This document shows, piece by piece, positions 19,434 through 29,652 of a stretch of 64,000 nucleotides of DNA. Origin of the DNA: an uncultured Phycisphaerales bacterium (GTDB taxonomy: Bacteria; Planctomycetota; Phycisphaerae; Tepidisphaerales; Tepidisphaeraceae); contig CAVWLP010000002.1 in assembly GCA_963755915.1 (NCBI GenBank), positions 384,001-448,000 on the forward strand, written 5' to 3'. The notes beneath the pieces were generated by a model. That model saw only the letters and a list, made by a program, of their open reading frames with translations. It had not been told where the DNA came from and ran no database searches. Each line of letters opens with the position of its first letter. Within the stretch, counting starts at the first letter, position 1. Position numbers and translations under genes: made by a program.

Positions 19434-22400
19434 GTGCGGTCAAAGAAAAATTTCGGGAATCGAGTCCGGGGGCGCGTGTCTACTTCGCGGTCTTCAGCGG
19501 CAAAAGAGCGGGCGATTTCGCGGGCGTGCTACATGATCGAGCCGCTGGAGACACGCATGTTGCTCACGGCTACCGTCGTCGATCCAACCGTGAATCAGCA
19601 GGCCGACAGCATCAGCCTGACGCCGGGTGCTGAAACCTATCTGTATGGATTTTCGACGGGTGGTGAGCGCGCGTCCAGCCCGTTCTCTAATGGCTCCGCT
19701 GAGACGCTGGATGATGAAGCAGGAATTCTTGCGGACGGGCTCGCTGTGACCACTCAATCCAGCAATACCTTTCCAACCAGCACACAATACCAGGCGATCA
19801 GTGGGGTAGGAGTTTCAGGCTATACGAATATGCAGGCCTTGTACGGCACCTACGTCGTCTCAGGCCCGGGGGAAGAAAACTCCGGAAGTTATGAAGCCTC
19901 AGTAAACTTCACTTTAACGCAGTCGGCGCTTGTCGTGGCCATGGGATTGGGCAGCAGCCAGCAAACGATTAGCTTTCAGGGGCCGGCGGGTTTGGTCACG
20001 GATAAAGCCGCGAATGGTGGTGTGGCGGTGGGAATTGCTCATCTCGATCTTGCTCCCGGAACTTACACGATTACGGAAACGACTTCTGTAACCGCCGCCG
20101 GGCAAACTTTGGACTATATGGCGGATCTTCTGGGCGTCTATATCTTTACCGGTGGAACCTTGGCCGCACCTACGGGGGTTGCGGCGACGCAGGGGCAATA
20201 TTCGGATCACGTTGTGGTGGATTGGACGGGCTCGCTGGGAGCGCAGTCGTATGAGTTATTTCGCAATACCAGCGACACCAACATGGGTTTGACGCCTTGG
20301 GTAAGCGGACTGACCAGCACGAATTACGATGACAACTCCGTGTCGCTGGGCGCGACCTACTACTATTGGGTAAAAGCGGTAGAAGGGAACGAAGTCAGCA
20401 GCTTCAGTAATGGGGCCAGCGGATCTGTCAGCCAGGGTAGTGGTCCCGGCACTTCGGCCGGTGGGGTGAATCTTTCGCCCCTGCAAATCAACGACGAGAG
20501 CGGAACCTTCACCTACAGCGGAGATGAATATGAGGCCTCCGGGACGATTCAGATTGGCTTGGCGCCACCATCGGATTCGGCGTTCCAGCCGCTTTTGACG
20601 GTGGATGGGGATGCGAGCTATGACGATTCCACGATAACGGTTAACGGTACCGTTTCAGCATCGATTGTGGATCTAACGCTGCCGGTGTTCAACGGGAGTT
20701 TCGTTATCCCGGTCGGTCAGGATGAGAGTTCATCAGCGACGGACGAGGATCCAAGCGAAAATGAGGGGATTGCGGGGCTGCCGATCGATGTGACGGGACT
20801 TACTCTGACCGTTGGCAGCGGCGGGCCGGAGGTTGAGTTAGAAGCGGAAATACAGATGCCGGAGCCATTGAGTATTTCCGCGGAGGCGGAGGTGGTGATT
20901 ACTCCCGGCGGCATTTCGCTGGGAGCTGGTTCGGTGTCCTTTCCGAGCGAATCGTTTTCAGTCGGGGTCCTGAATCTTTCGGCACAAGAGATGTCAATCA
21001 GCTACGATTCGACATCGCAGCAGCTCGTTCTTCAAGGCGATTTAACGGTGGATGATCTGATAGGCGACACCTCGGCGGAAGCCGACTTCGCGGGCGAAGG
21101 CAATGGTATTTTCATCAGCAGCAGCGGGGTAAACGCAACGGGTGATCTTTCTCTTGATAATCTGGAAGTCGACGGGTGGGGGTTGGACAACGCGTCGCTC
21201 GATGTTAATACCGCCGCCAACACCTACAACGGTTCGGCGACGCTGGCGATACCCGACTTGGCGGCTGTGGGGGCGTCGTTTTCGCTGGTCGGCGGTAAAC
21301 TAAACAGCCTGAGCCTGTCGTTAAGCGATATCGATTATCCGATCCTGGATACGGGATGGTTTCTAACCGGCATCGGGGGCGGGGTAAGCAATCTGGCGAG
21401 CGGCCAGATCACTTTTTCGGGTTCGCTGGATCTGTCATTCGGGCCGGATGAGCAGATCCAGCTACCGAGCTGGCTGGGTGACGAAAACGCCAACACCGCG
21501 GTGGCGACACTGGACATGAATGCGTCGATAAGCTCGACAGATATACAGGGTGGCGCGACACTGACGATCGCCGACGGTTTGGCAACATTTACCGGAAATG
21601 CGAACCTTAACCTTGCTTCGGACAGTTTTTCGGCCAACGGGTCTTTGTCAGCCTTCGACAATGTTCTAACCGGAAATGCGGACATCAATATCAGTTCGAC
21701 CGGCGCAGCGACCGTATATGCCGAGGGAACGCTGAGCATTCCAAGTTCGGATATTCCAATCATTGGGACGTTTCTGGACGAGAATATCACAATCGCGAAC
21801 GGAAACTTTTACCTGAACTATAACCCTGCAATCGGCTCCGAAGATTACGTCGATCTGTGGGGAACTACGGGTCTGACGAGCCTGTCCGTTCCGCTCATTC
21901 AGTTCCCTGAAGGGGTGCAAGTGGTGTTCAGCCCGTCGCCATCGGTTAATCTCTTGTACGCGAATAATCTTCCGAGCGTGCCCGCGGATTCGTTGGGCGC
22001 ACCACAAACAGGAGTTTCGTCGCCCGCGACGCAATCGAGCAACGCCAGCATGACATTTACGGTTGCCTCCGGCACGCCTTGGGTGTTGCTGGAAGCTGGT
22101 TGGTCGAACAGCAGTTCAAATGTTCCCGTGGAGGTAGTGGCGCCGAATGGCACGACGTATTCAGAATCGCAGTTTTCGAGTGCAATTGGGATCGGCCTCA
22201 TTGACCAGATGAGTGGTTCGACAAATGAGACGGTTGGAATTTCGGACCCAGCGGCGGGGCAATGGACACTTATACTTCCTAACACGACGGGACTGGGTCC
22301 AGTAACCTTCGATGCGGTGGGGGCGACGCCGATAAGCGGGGACCACCTGGTCGTGGTTCAGCAAGCGGCGAATGCGGCGGCGGGCGATTTACTGAGTCCG

Positions 22401-24328
22401 ATCGTCATGGCGGTTGAGGACCAAAATGGAAACGTCATCACCACAGACAACTCGACGGTCACGCTATCGCCGACGAGCGATTCTCAAAACGTATCCGGGA
22501 CCCTGACTGCAACTGCCGTCAATGGTCTGGCGACGTTCAATAGCTTGGAGATCGATGCGACCGGGGCCTACGCGTTCAATCTGATGGACGGAAGCGATAC
22601 GGGTGCGACATCGAGTGTGACAATCGGCAATCCGGCGGGCCTCGCGCCCGGCGCGGCGCGCAGTACAGCATAACGGGCGCGACCGGTGCTCAAACCGTCG
22701 AAATCCTCTCAGGCACGGTGACTCTGAGCGGCGATCTCTCGTCTGATTTTTCGAACTATACGCTGAAAATCGATAGTGGGGCGCAGGTTTTTCTGACGAG
22801 CAGCCAGCACGTTGGCCAGCTTTCGCTCGGTGGCAATGCCGTGCTCGACGTTGGCGTCTATTCAATGATCATCAACTCCGGGAGCGGACCCGATCCGAAG
22901 GCGACGATTTTGGCCGTGCTTGCCAGTGGCTGCAATGGCGGAAGCTGGAACGGAAACGGTATCGTGAGCTCCGCGGCAGCGGCGAGCGATGGCAAGTACG
23001 GAGTCGGTTTCGCGGACGGAGCCGATGACGTTGCGCCGGGCTTGGCGAGCGGCCAGATTGAGCTCAAGTATACGCTCAATGGCGATGCGAATCTTGATGG
23101 AACCGTTAACGGGGCGGATTTCAGCATCATCGCGAGCAATTTTGGGAGGTCGGCGCCGAACGGCTGGGAGCAGGGCGACTTCAGTTACAGCGACGTGGTG
23201 AACGGCAGCGATTTCGCCGAGCTGGCCGCCAATTTCGGTGAGGGCGCGAACCAGATCACCGGCGCAACCCAGCTTAAATTTTCCGAACAGCCGGCGAGTA
23301 ACACTGCCGGAAGCGAGTTGGGTACGGTCACGGTGGACGTGGAGGATCAATTCGGCGACGTCGTGACATCTGATAACTCGATGGTCACCCTGCTGGTGAA
23401 CAACGGTGCCGGAACATTGGAGGGCACCGTTACAGTTCAAGCACAAAATGGAGTGGCAACATTCAACAGCTTGAGCATCGTCGGAGGGGGTGCTTACACG
23501 CTGAGCGCCGCGGATGGCAATTTAGCAGACGGTGTCTCAAATCCATTCACGATTTACGATACGGATGTCTGGATGGGCGCGGTTTCTTCGGACTGGAGCA
23601 ACCCGAATAACTGGAACACGGGTATCGTGCCCGGCAGTGGCACGAATGTAGTGATAAATAGCGGAACCGTGGTCGCGGCGGCGCCCATCCACGTCGCCCA
23701 GCTTGGCCTGAATGGGTGCGTCCTGCAATTGGCCGATGGCGCCGGCACCTCGACCGTTTCCGCATTGACAATCAATAATGCTGCGACTCTGGATATCGGC
23801 AACGACGAGCTAATCATCAATTATGGGAGTGGCGGCGATCCGATATCGGCGACGGCGGGCTACATCAAGAGCGGGTTTAACAACGGAGGATGGAACGGAT
23901 GGGGAATCATTTCCTCGGCAGCCCAAACGCCGGTCAACGGCTACAATTATGGCGTCGGCTGGTCCGACGGGCAGGACGGCGTGGTGGCCGGGCTCTCTTC
24001 CGGCCAGATCGAAATCAAATACACGCTACTGGGAGATGCGAATCTGGACGGCGTCGTGAATGGGTCCGACTTCTCCATCCTTGCCGCGCATTTCGGCCAG
24101 GGCGTCACCAATTGGGACCAGGGAAATTTCCTCTTTTCCTCCGCCGTCAACGGGTCCGACTTCAGCGCTCTGGCCGCCAACTTCGGGCAGGGGGACAGCG
24201 GTGCCGTGTCAGCATCCTCGACCGCCTCCTTTGCCCCGGCCGCCGCGACGGCGAATATTCCAACCGCCGATCCGACCGCGCCAACCAAAGATCCCGGCAA
24301 AGACTCTAAATTCCTGGCTAAAAGATAA
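19434..24328 (+). CDS. ~1630-aa secreted protein: LEPR-XLL motif, FnIII-like, beta-rich core, two Ig-like and two dockerin-like modules (frameshift ~22655)
   Basis: GGAGG RBS; IEPLETRMLL; APTGV...YYYWVKAV; GDANLDGxVNGxDF..GDF/GNF..NFG twice. Confidence 0.82.
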
Positions 24329-24362
24329 ACCCCACTTCGCCGATCCTGCACCGCGCCCAACC

Positions 24363-24398
24363 TGATATCATTGATATCAACGATATCATTGATATCAC
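24363..24398. repeat. Four tandem 9-bp units with palindromic GATATC core
   Basis: TGATATCAT TGATATCAA CGATATCAT TGATATCAC. Confidence 0.9.
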
Positions 24399-24490
24399 GA
24401 AAATCGCATACCCATTTTACCCAATCCACCCACCGTGTCGCGGACTGTAAAGTTTTGTATTGATGTCCCCATTCCCAAAAACGTCGAGCC

Positions 24491-25261
24491 TTAATTCACA
24501 TTCACCGCATTCCCCGGGCTGTTCATGTCCTGGTCGACGGCATCGACTTTATAGTCGTGGAAAAGTTTGCTGATGTCGTCGGCCATGCGGTCGGCCATCT
24601 TGGCGCGGAGGTCGGTGTCGGTGCTGGAATTGGATTCGGGGGTCCAGTCGGACGTAAAGCGCACGGCTTCGCTGGATTCGTTTTTGGGCCAGCGGGTGTC
24701 CCCGGTCCTGGAATCGACGATTTTGATGACCGCTTCGATCTGTCCCCGCATCTGACCCGAGCCGGGCGGCTTTTCGATTTCGTCGCGCTGGATGTCGACG
24801 TAGAGGACCTGCTTGGCGCCGACTTTCCGGCCGATGTCGGCGATGGTGAGCTTGCTGTACCCGTCCGGGTCGGCGTCGCGAACTTTTTCCAGCGATTGCT
24901 GATCGACGATGGTGGCGACCTTCTGGTCGGCCAGGGCACGGCCCAGGGTCAGGGCCATATGCTGCGATTCGATGTCGGAATCGACGGCCAGGCCGTAGCT
25001 CTCGACGAGGACGAGCATGGAGGCGTTCTTGTCGGGGGTGTACTTGGCCTTGACGGTGGCGTCGCCGGTGGTTTCCGCGACGACAGCGCCGGCGAGATCG
25101 CAGCCGGCGAGGGCGAGGAGGGAGAGAGTCAGAGTGAGCCGCAGAACTGTGCGAGCGATTACCGTCGGGCAAACCCCCTCCCCAACCCTCCCCCGGATTA
25201 CCGGGGGCGGGGGATAATGCGCGGAAAAAGATCGTGTGCGATGGTCGCCCAAGTTAATCAT
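24491..25261 (-). CDS. Putative lipoprotein (paralog of upstream neighbour); start uncertain
   Basis: LLALAGCDL lipobox; IGRKVGAKQVLYVDI. Confidence 0.75.
   Translation of the reverse strand: MINLGDHRTRSFSAHYPPPPVIRGRVGEGVCPTVIARTVLRLTLTLSLLALAGCDLAGAVVAETTGDATVKAKYTPDKNASMLVLVESYGLAVDSDIESQHMALTLGRALADQKVATIVDQQSLEKVRDADPDGYSKLTIADIGRKVGAKQVLYVDIQRDEIEKPPGSGQMRGQIEAVIKIVDSRTGDTRWPKNESSEAVRFTSDWTPESNSSTDTDLRAKMADRMADDISKLFHDYKVDAVDQDMNSPGNAVNVN
25174..25214. repeat. REP-like palindromic unit
   Basis: CCCCCTCCCCAACCCTCCCCCGG-ATTA-CCGGGGGCGGGGG. Confidence 0.7.
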
Positions 25262-25967
25262 GTTGTTCCGCGGCTTCGTCCTGCTGGACGCTCTGGTCGG
25301 CGGCGTGGGTCATAAAAATGTTTCCGATTTCATCGGCGAGGGCATCGACGGTTTTGTTGTAGATAAGCTCGTCGCTGAGGCCATAGACGCCTTCGGGCGG
25401 CGAGTCTTTCGGGTAGACGGCGCTGAGGCTGTTTTGCTGATAGGCGATCTTGGTTTCGGAGCCTTTGATTTCAATGACTTTCACGTCGGCGGTGGCCTGG
25501 CCGCGGGCCAGATCGTTCGATTGCCCGGGGTGCAGGGCGAGGCTATCGAGCTCGATGTAGATGAGACGCGTGCCGGGGAGCTGTTGGGCGATTTGCTCGG
25601 GGGAATCGACCTGGGATTCGGGGTGGGCTTCCTGGAATCGGAGGATGTCGGCGACGTCGACGAAGGAGGTGCCTTTGAGTTCCTTGAGCTTGGCGTCGGA
25701 GCCGTCCTGGAATTTGCCGAGGAGACTGCGGGCGATGTCGGCGTTGACGGTAGGATGGTCGAGTGAGACGCCTTCATCGGCCCAGACGAGGATGGCGACC
25801 CTTTGGCCGGCGAGGCCGGTGTAGGCGGGGGTGATGTCGGTTTCGCCGGTGATGGCTTCGGCGGTAACGCCGACCAGATCGCAACCGGCGCACAGGAGCA
25901 GGGCCAGGGGGGCCAAAAGGAAAACGATGAGGTAATGGATTCGCACGGGTTTTAAATCAGAGTTCAA
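25254..25967 (-). CDS. Putative lipoprotein
   Basis: LLLCAGCDL lipobox; similar layout to downstream paralog (IAQQL...LIYIEL, ALADEIGNIF). Confidence 0.78.
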   Translation of the reverse strand: MNSDLKPVRIHYLIVFLLAPLALLLCAGCDLVGVTAEAITGETDITPAYTGLAGQRVAILVWADEGVSLDHPTVNADIARSLLGKFQDGSDAKLKELKGTSFVDVADILRFQEAHPESQVDSPEQIAQQLPGTRLIYIELDSLALHPGQSNDLARGQATADVKVIEIKGSETKIAYQQNSLSAVYPKDSPPEGVYGLSDELIYNKTVDALADEIGNIFMTHAADQSVQQDEAAEQHD

Positions 25968-25988
25968 GGCGTTTTTGCTACAGAGCTT

Positions 25989-26546
25989 TCATTGGCCCCA
26001 TCCATCGATGCCATGGAGATGGATGAAGATTTTCCAGGCCCAGGCGGCGATGGCGAGTCCGACGATCGAAGGCACATAATATCGAGTCGGGCCCAGTGCA
26101 ATCAACCTAAAGATGGACCGGCCGGTGCAGGCGATGTAGAGGGCGGCCCAGAAGGTGACGATGGTGGCGATTCCGAGCATTGCACCCATCGGCTGAACAT
26201 AGAAGCTGGCGGGAAAATTTCCACGTGCGAGCCAGGAGTAGCTGGTGGTCATGCCGCAGCTTGGGCAGGGGATGCCGGTGCGGAGGGCGAAATAGCAGGG
26301 TTCCATGCCGAGCTGGGTGTGTGTGCCCATGCCGGTGGGGCTGGGGATGAGCCGGACGGCGGTGATCATGACGGCGAGGCAGGCGGCGCAGATGGCCAGG
26401 GCGAGGAGACGACCGGGGATTTTGACGGTTATTCGATCGATGCGGGGGGAGTAAATGGCGGGAATTGGCTGCATTTGGCTTGCGACAAAATACCGCGTAG
26501 GCATCAGGTATGGCAATAGTGCTGAAGAATTGAGCAATTGGCGCAA
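25989..26546 (-). CDS. DUF2752-like membrane protein; real start probably later
   Basis: GTHTQLG..PC...TGIPCPSCGMTTS; TM helices. Confidence 0.8.
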   Translation of the reverse strand: MRQLLNSSALLPYLMPTRYFVASQMQPIPAIYSPRIDRITVKIPGRLLALAICAACLAVMITAVRLIPSPTGMGTHTQLGMEPCYFALRTGIPCPSCGMTTSYSWLARGNFPASFYVQPMGAMLGIATIVTFWAALYIACTGRSIFRLIALGPTRYYVPSIVGLAIAAWAWKIFIHLHGIDGWGQ

Positions 26547-26762
26547 AAAGGGAGGGTTTGTCCAGGTCTTTGGATTTGCGGGGTCGAACTTTGAATAATC
26601 GACATTTATTTTGTTACGGCTGCTGATGTTGCGGCAGAATGGGGAACCATAAAGCTGGGTTGATTATTCGCATTTCGCGGCCGGTACTGAATTTGCGGAA
26701 ATGGGAGTTTAGGTAGCTGAGCGCGTCAAAATGTTCAGAATAGGTAAGTTCTAACTCGCTCA

Positions 26763-26795
26763 TTGACATCCAGTATCCGATAGATGTACTAATAT
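26763..26795 (+). promoter_or_regulatory. Candidate sigma70 promoter
   Basis: Perfect TTGACA at 26763 with AT-rich TACTAATAT 18 nt downstream. Confidence 0.45.
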
Positions 26796-26799
26796 GTGT

Positions 26800-26935
26800 G
26801 GACCGAGTCTGATCGCCGGCGCGAGTCGTTATTATAGAAACTTGCGTTTTCCTGGCCTGCCGTGGTGATCAGTTTAGCACCGAGTATAGCATTCGGTGTT
26901 GGTCTGATCCCGTGTCAGCGGATTTGGACAGGTCC
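26800..26935 (+). ncRNA. Candidate structured leader RNA (four-way junction), family unrecognised
   Basis: Closing GGACC/GGTCC with three enclosed arms, G-U pairs favour + strand. Confidence 0.45.
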
Positions 26936-26995
26936 TGTGGAAATACATAGATTGCGCTGTATGGGTCGTTTTTGAATTGAAAGTGTCTATTTTTT

Positions 26996-28384
26996 ATGCG
27001 CGTCTTCATGCTCGGCTGGGAATTCCCGCCGTTCATCAGCGGGGGATTGGGTACGGCTTGCTATGGTCTGACCAAGGCAATGTCGGGCCTTGGCACGGAC
27101 ATCATGTTTGTGCTTCCGCGCCCGGTGTCCACGCCGTTTTCGACACACGTGAGGCTGGTAAGCCCGCGAGCGGGGTCGCCGCTGGCTTCGCCGTCAACTG
27201 AGTTCCGACTGGATGAGTTTGAGCATGTCACGTTCCGAACCGTTGATGCACAACTAACGAATCCTTATCAATCGGCAGCGCAGTACACGCCCAAAGCAGA
27301 TGAGGCGGAAAAGCAGGCGATAAAGTCGCGCGGGTTGAAAGCGACGGTGGTGGAATCCGCGCCGCTGACGGCGCCGGCGCTGCCGAAGCCATCGGGGGCG
27401 ATTCCGAGTTTCATCGGGGCGGGCGTGGCGGCGGGGAATTCGCCGTATGCCGGGGATATGTTTTCGGAAATACAGCGATATGCAGCGCTGGCGGGTGAAA
27501 TCGCCCGGCATGAGGCGATTGACGTGGTTCATGCCCATGACTGGATGACTTTCCCCGCGGGGATGGCCGTTGCCGGTTTGAAAGGGGTGCCGCTGATCGT
27601 TCATGTCCATAGCACGGAGTTTGACCGGTCGGGGCTGCACGTCGATCAGCGGATCTATGACATCGAACGGCGCGGAATGCAGAGCGCCATGCGGATTATC
27701 GCGGTGAGCTATCTCACCAAGAACCTGATCACGCATCACTACGGGATCGACCCGTCGAAGGTGGAGGTCGTTTACAACGCGATTGAATCCAACGGGAATG
27801 GGGCGGAGATCGAAAAATATAACATCCACAAGGATGAGAAGATCGTGCTTTTCCTGGGGCGAATCACGATGCAGAAGGGTCCGGAATACTTCCTGGCGGC
27901 GGCGAAGAAGGTGCTGGAAGTGATGGACAACGTGAAGTTCGTGATGGCGGGATCGGGAGACATGATCCGGCGGACGATTGAAATGGCCGCGGGGATGGGG
28001 ATCGGACACAAGGTTTTGTTCACGGGGTTTTTGCGCGGGAACGATGTCGAGAAGGTTTTCCGGATGGCGGATTTGTATGTGATGCCGAGCGTTTCGGAGC
28101 CGTTCGGGATCGCGCCGCTGGAGGCGATGAGCCACGATGTGCCGGTGATCATTTCCAAGCAGTCGGGCGTGTCGGAGGTTTTGACGCACGCGCTGAAGGT
28201 GGATTTCTGGGACATCAACGAGATGGCGAACAAGATCATCGCGGTGCTGCGGCATCCGCCGCTGGCGAGAACGCTGCGCGAGCATGGGAGCTTCGAGGTT
28301 CGGCGATTGAGCTGGGGAGACGCGGCGAAGGCTTGCCTGGGGATTTATGATGAAGCCAAGCACGCGGTGAACGGGCACGTGTAA
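26996..28384 (+). CDS. GT4 glycosyltransferase, glycogen/alpha-glucan synthase-like
   Basis: MLGWEFPPFISGGLG, HAHDW, HSTEFDR, GRITMQKG, EPFGIAPLEAM. Confidence 0.92.
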   Translation: MRVFMLGWEFPPFISGGLGTACYGLTKAMSGLGTDIMFVLPRPVSTPFSTHVRLVSPRAGSPLASPSTEFRLDEFEHVTFRTVDAQLTNPYQSAAQYTPKADEAEKQAIKSRGLKATVVESAPLTAPALPKPSGAIPSFIGAGVAAGNSPYAGDMFSEIQRYAALAGEIARHEAIDVVHAHDWMTFPAGMAVAGLKGVPLIVHVHSTEFDRSGLHVDQRIYDIERRGMQSAMRIIAVSYLTKNLITHHYGIDPSKVEVVYNAIESNGNGAEIEKYNIHKDEKIVLFLGRITMQKGPEYFLAAAKKVLEVMDNVKFVMAGSGDMIRRTIEMAAGMGIGHKVLFTGFLRGNDVEKVFRMADLYVMPSVSEPFGIAPLEAMSHDVPVIISKQSGVSEVLTHALKVDFWDINEMANKIIAVLRHPPLARTLREHGSFEVRRLSWGDAAKACLGIYDEAKHAVNGHV

Positions 28385-28477
28385 AGCGATCACACGGCGC
28401 AGGTGCGCCTGGGGCGACTGATTCGATTTTCTATTTCCCATTTCCTATTGCCTATTTCGGATTGCCGATAGTTAATA

Positions 28478-29011
28478 GTGAGTATGACGGAGGCTTCGAC
28501 ATTGTCTGCGCGGACGCGGGCGAAGGGCGCCGGGCTGCTGTGCGCGATTGGGGTGTTCAAGTTATTCAAGGGACTGCTCCTGATCGCGGTGGCGATTTCG
28601 GTTTTCAAGCTGGTTCACAAAGATCTGGCCGCGGAGATTATCGAATTTTCGCGGAAGCTGCACATCGCGCCGGGTAATCAAATTGTGCAGAGACTGATCG
28701 ATCGCGTGCTGACGGTTACCAATCGCCAGCTTGTGGTGCTGGGGATCGTGCTGCTCGTCTATTCAATGATGTTTATCGTGGAGGGGACAGGGCTGCTGCT
28801 GCTGAAGCACTGGGCGGAATGGATGACGGTAATCACAACGTCCGGGCTGATTCCGCTTGAAGTGTATGAAATGATCCGGAAGGTGAGCTGGCTGAAAGCG
28901 TCGGCGCTGTTTGTGAACGTGGTGATCGCGGTTTATCTGGCGATGCACGTCCGCAACGAGATGATCGAAAAGAAGCGCCGTCGGGGCAGAAGCTCAGCCC
29001 CACTGAAATGA
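28478..29011 (+). CDS. DUF2127-like membrane protein
   Basis: AIGVFKLFKG, EGTGL...WAEW, IPLEVYE. Confidence 0.82.
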   Translation: MSMTEASTLSARTRAKGAGLLCAIGVFKLFKGLLLIAVAISVFKLVHKDLAAEIIEFSRKLHIAPGNQIVQRLIDRVLTVTNRQLVVLGIVLLVYSMMFIVEGTGLLLLKHWAEWMTVITTSGLIPLEVYEMIRKVSWLKASALFVNVVIAVYLAMHVRNEMIEKKRRRGRSSAPLK

Positions 29012-29400
29012 AACCGGCATCTGCACGTCGGGGTGAATGCTTTCGTGAACGGGGCAAATTAACGCGGCACTTTGAAGATTCTGCTGCTGCTGCGGGGTGA
29101 GTTTCGCGGGGACGCGGATGGTTACGGCCAGGGCGCGATGCGGCGCACGGGGGTTTGCACCATTTCCTTGGTGACGGTAACGGTGGAACCGGAGAGATCG
29201 ATCTCCATTCGCTGGGCAGCAATTCCCATGATCGTCATCATGCAAGTACCGAGCGCGGTGGCCACAAGGTCTGTGGGGGAAAAGGATTGGCCGTTGCCCA
29301 TGTTGTCTTTGGGCGCATCGGTGATGAGGGTTGCGCCGGAATCGACGTGTCGCGCAACACAGCGGAGTTTTCCTTCGTAGGCGATTTGAATTTCGGTCAT
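28994..29400 (-). CDS. OsmC family protein (frameshift ~29125)
   Basis: TDAPKDNMGNGQSFSPTDL..ALGTC; CPVHESIHP in second frame. Confidence 0.88.
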
Positions 29401-29652
29401 TTTTTAAACCTTTTTTTTCTTGCGCTGATTTTATTTTGAAAGACGAGCCCAAAATTTACCTTAACGCACCTTTCCCATTTTACCGGAAATTTTTGTGGAG
29501 ACGGTCAAAGGAAAAAATTTTGATTTTTCGCTTGTTTTCGCCTTGCGATCATTTTCGCATTGTTCTATTTGGATGTTCCTGATTCGGGTATCGGTTCGGG
29601 CTGAATCGAAGAAGTTCCCGAATTTAAATTAGTTTTGTTCTCATAAGGAGAC

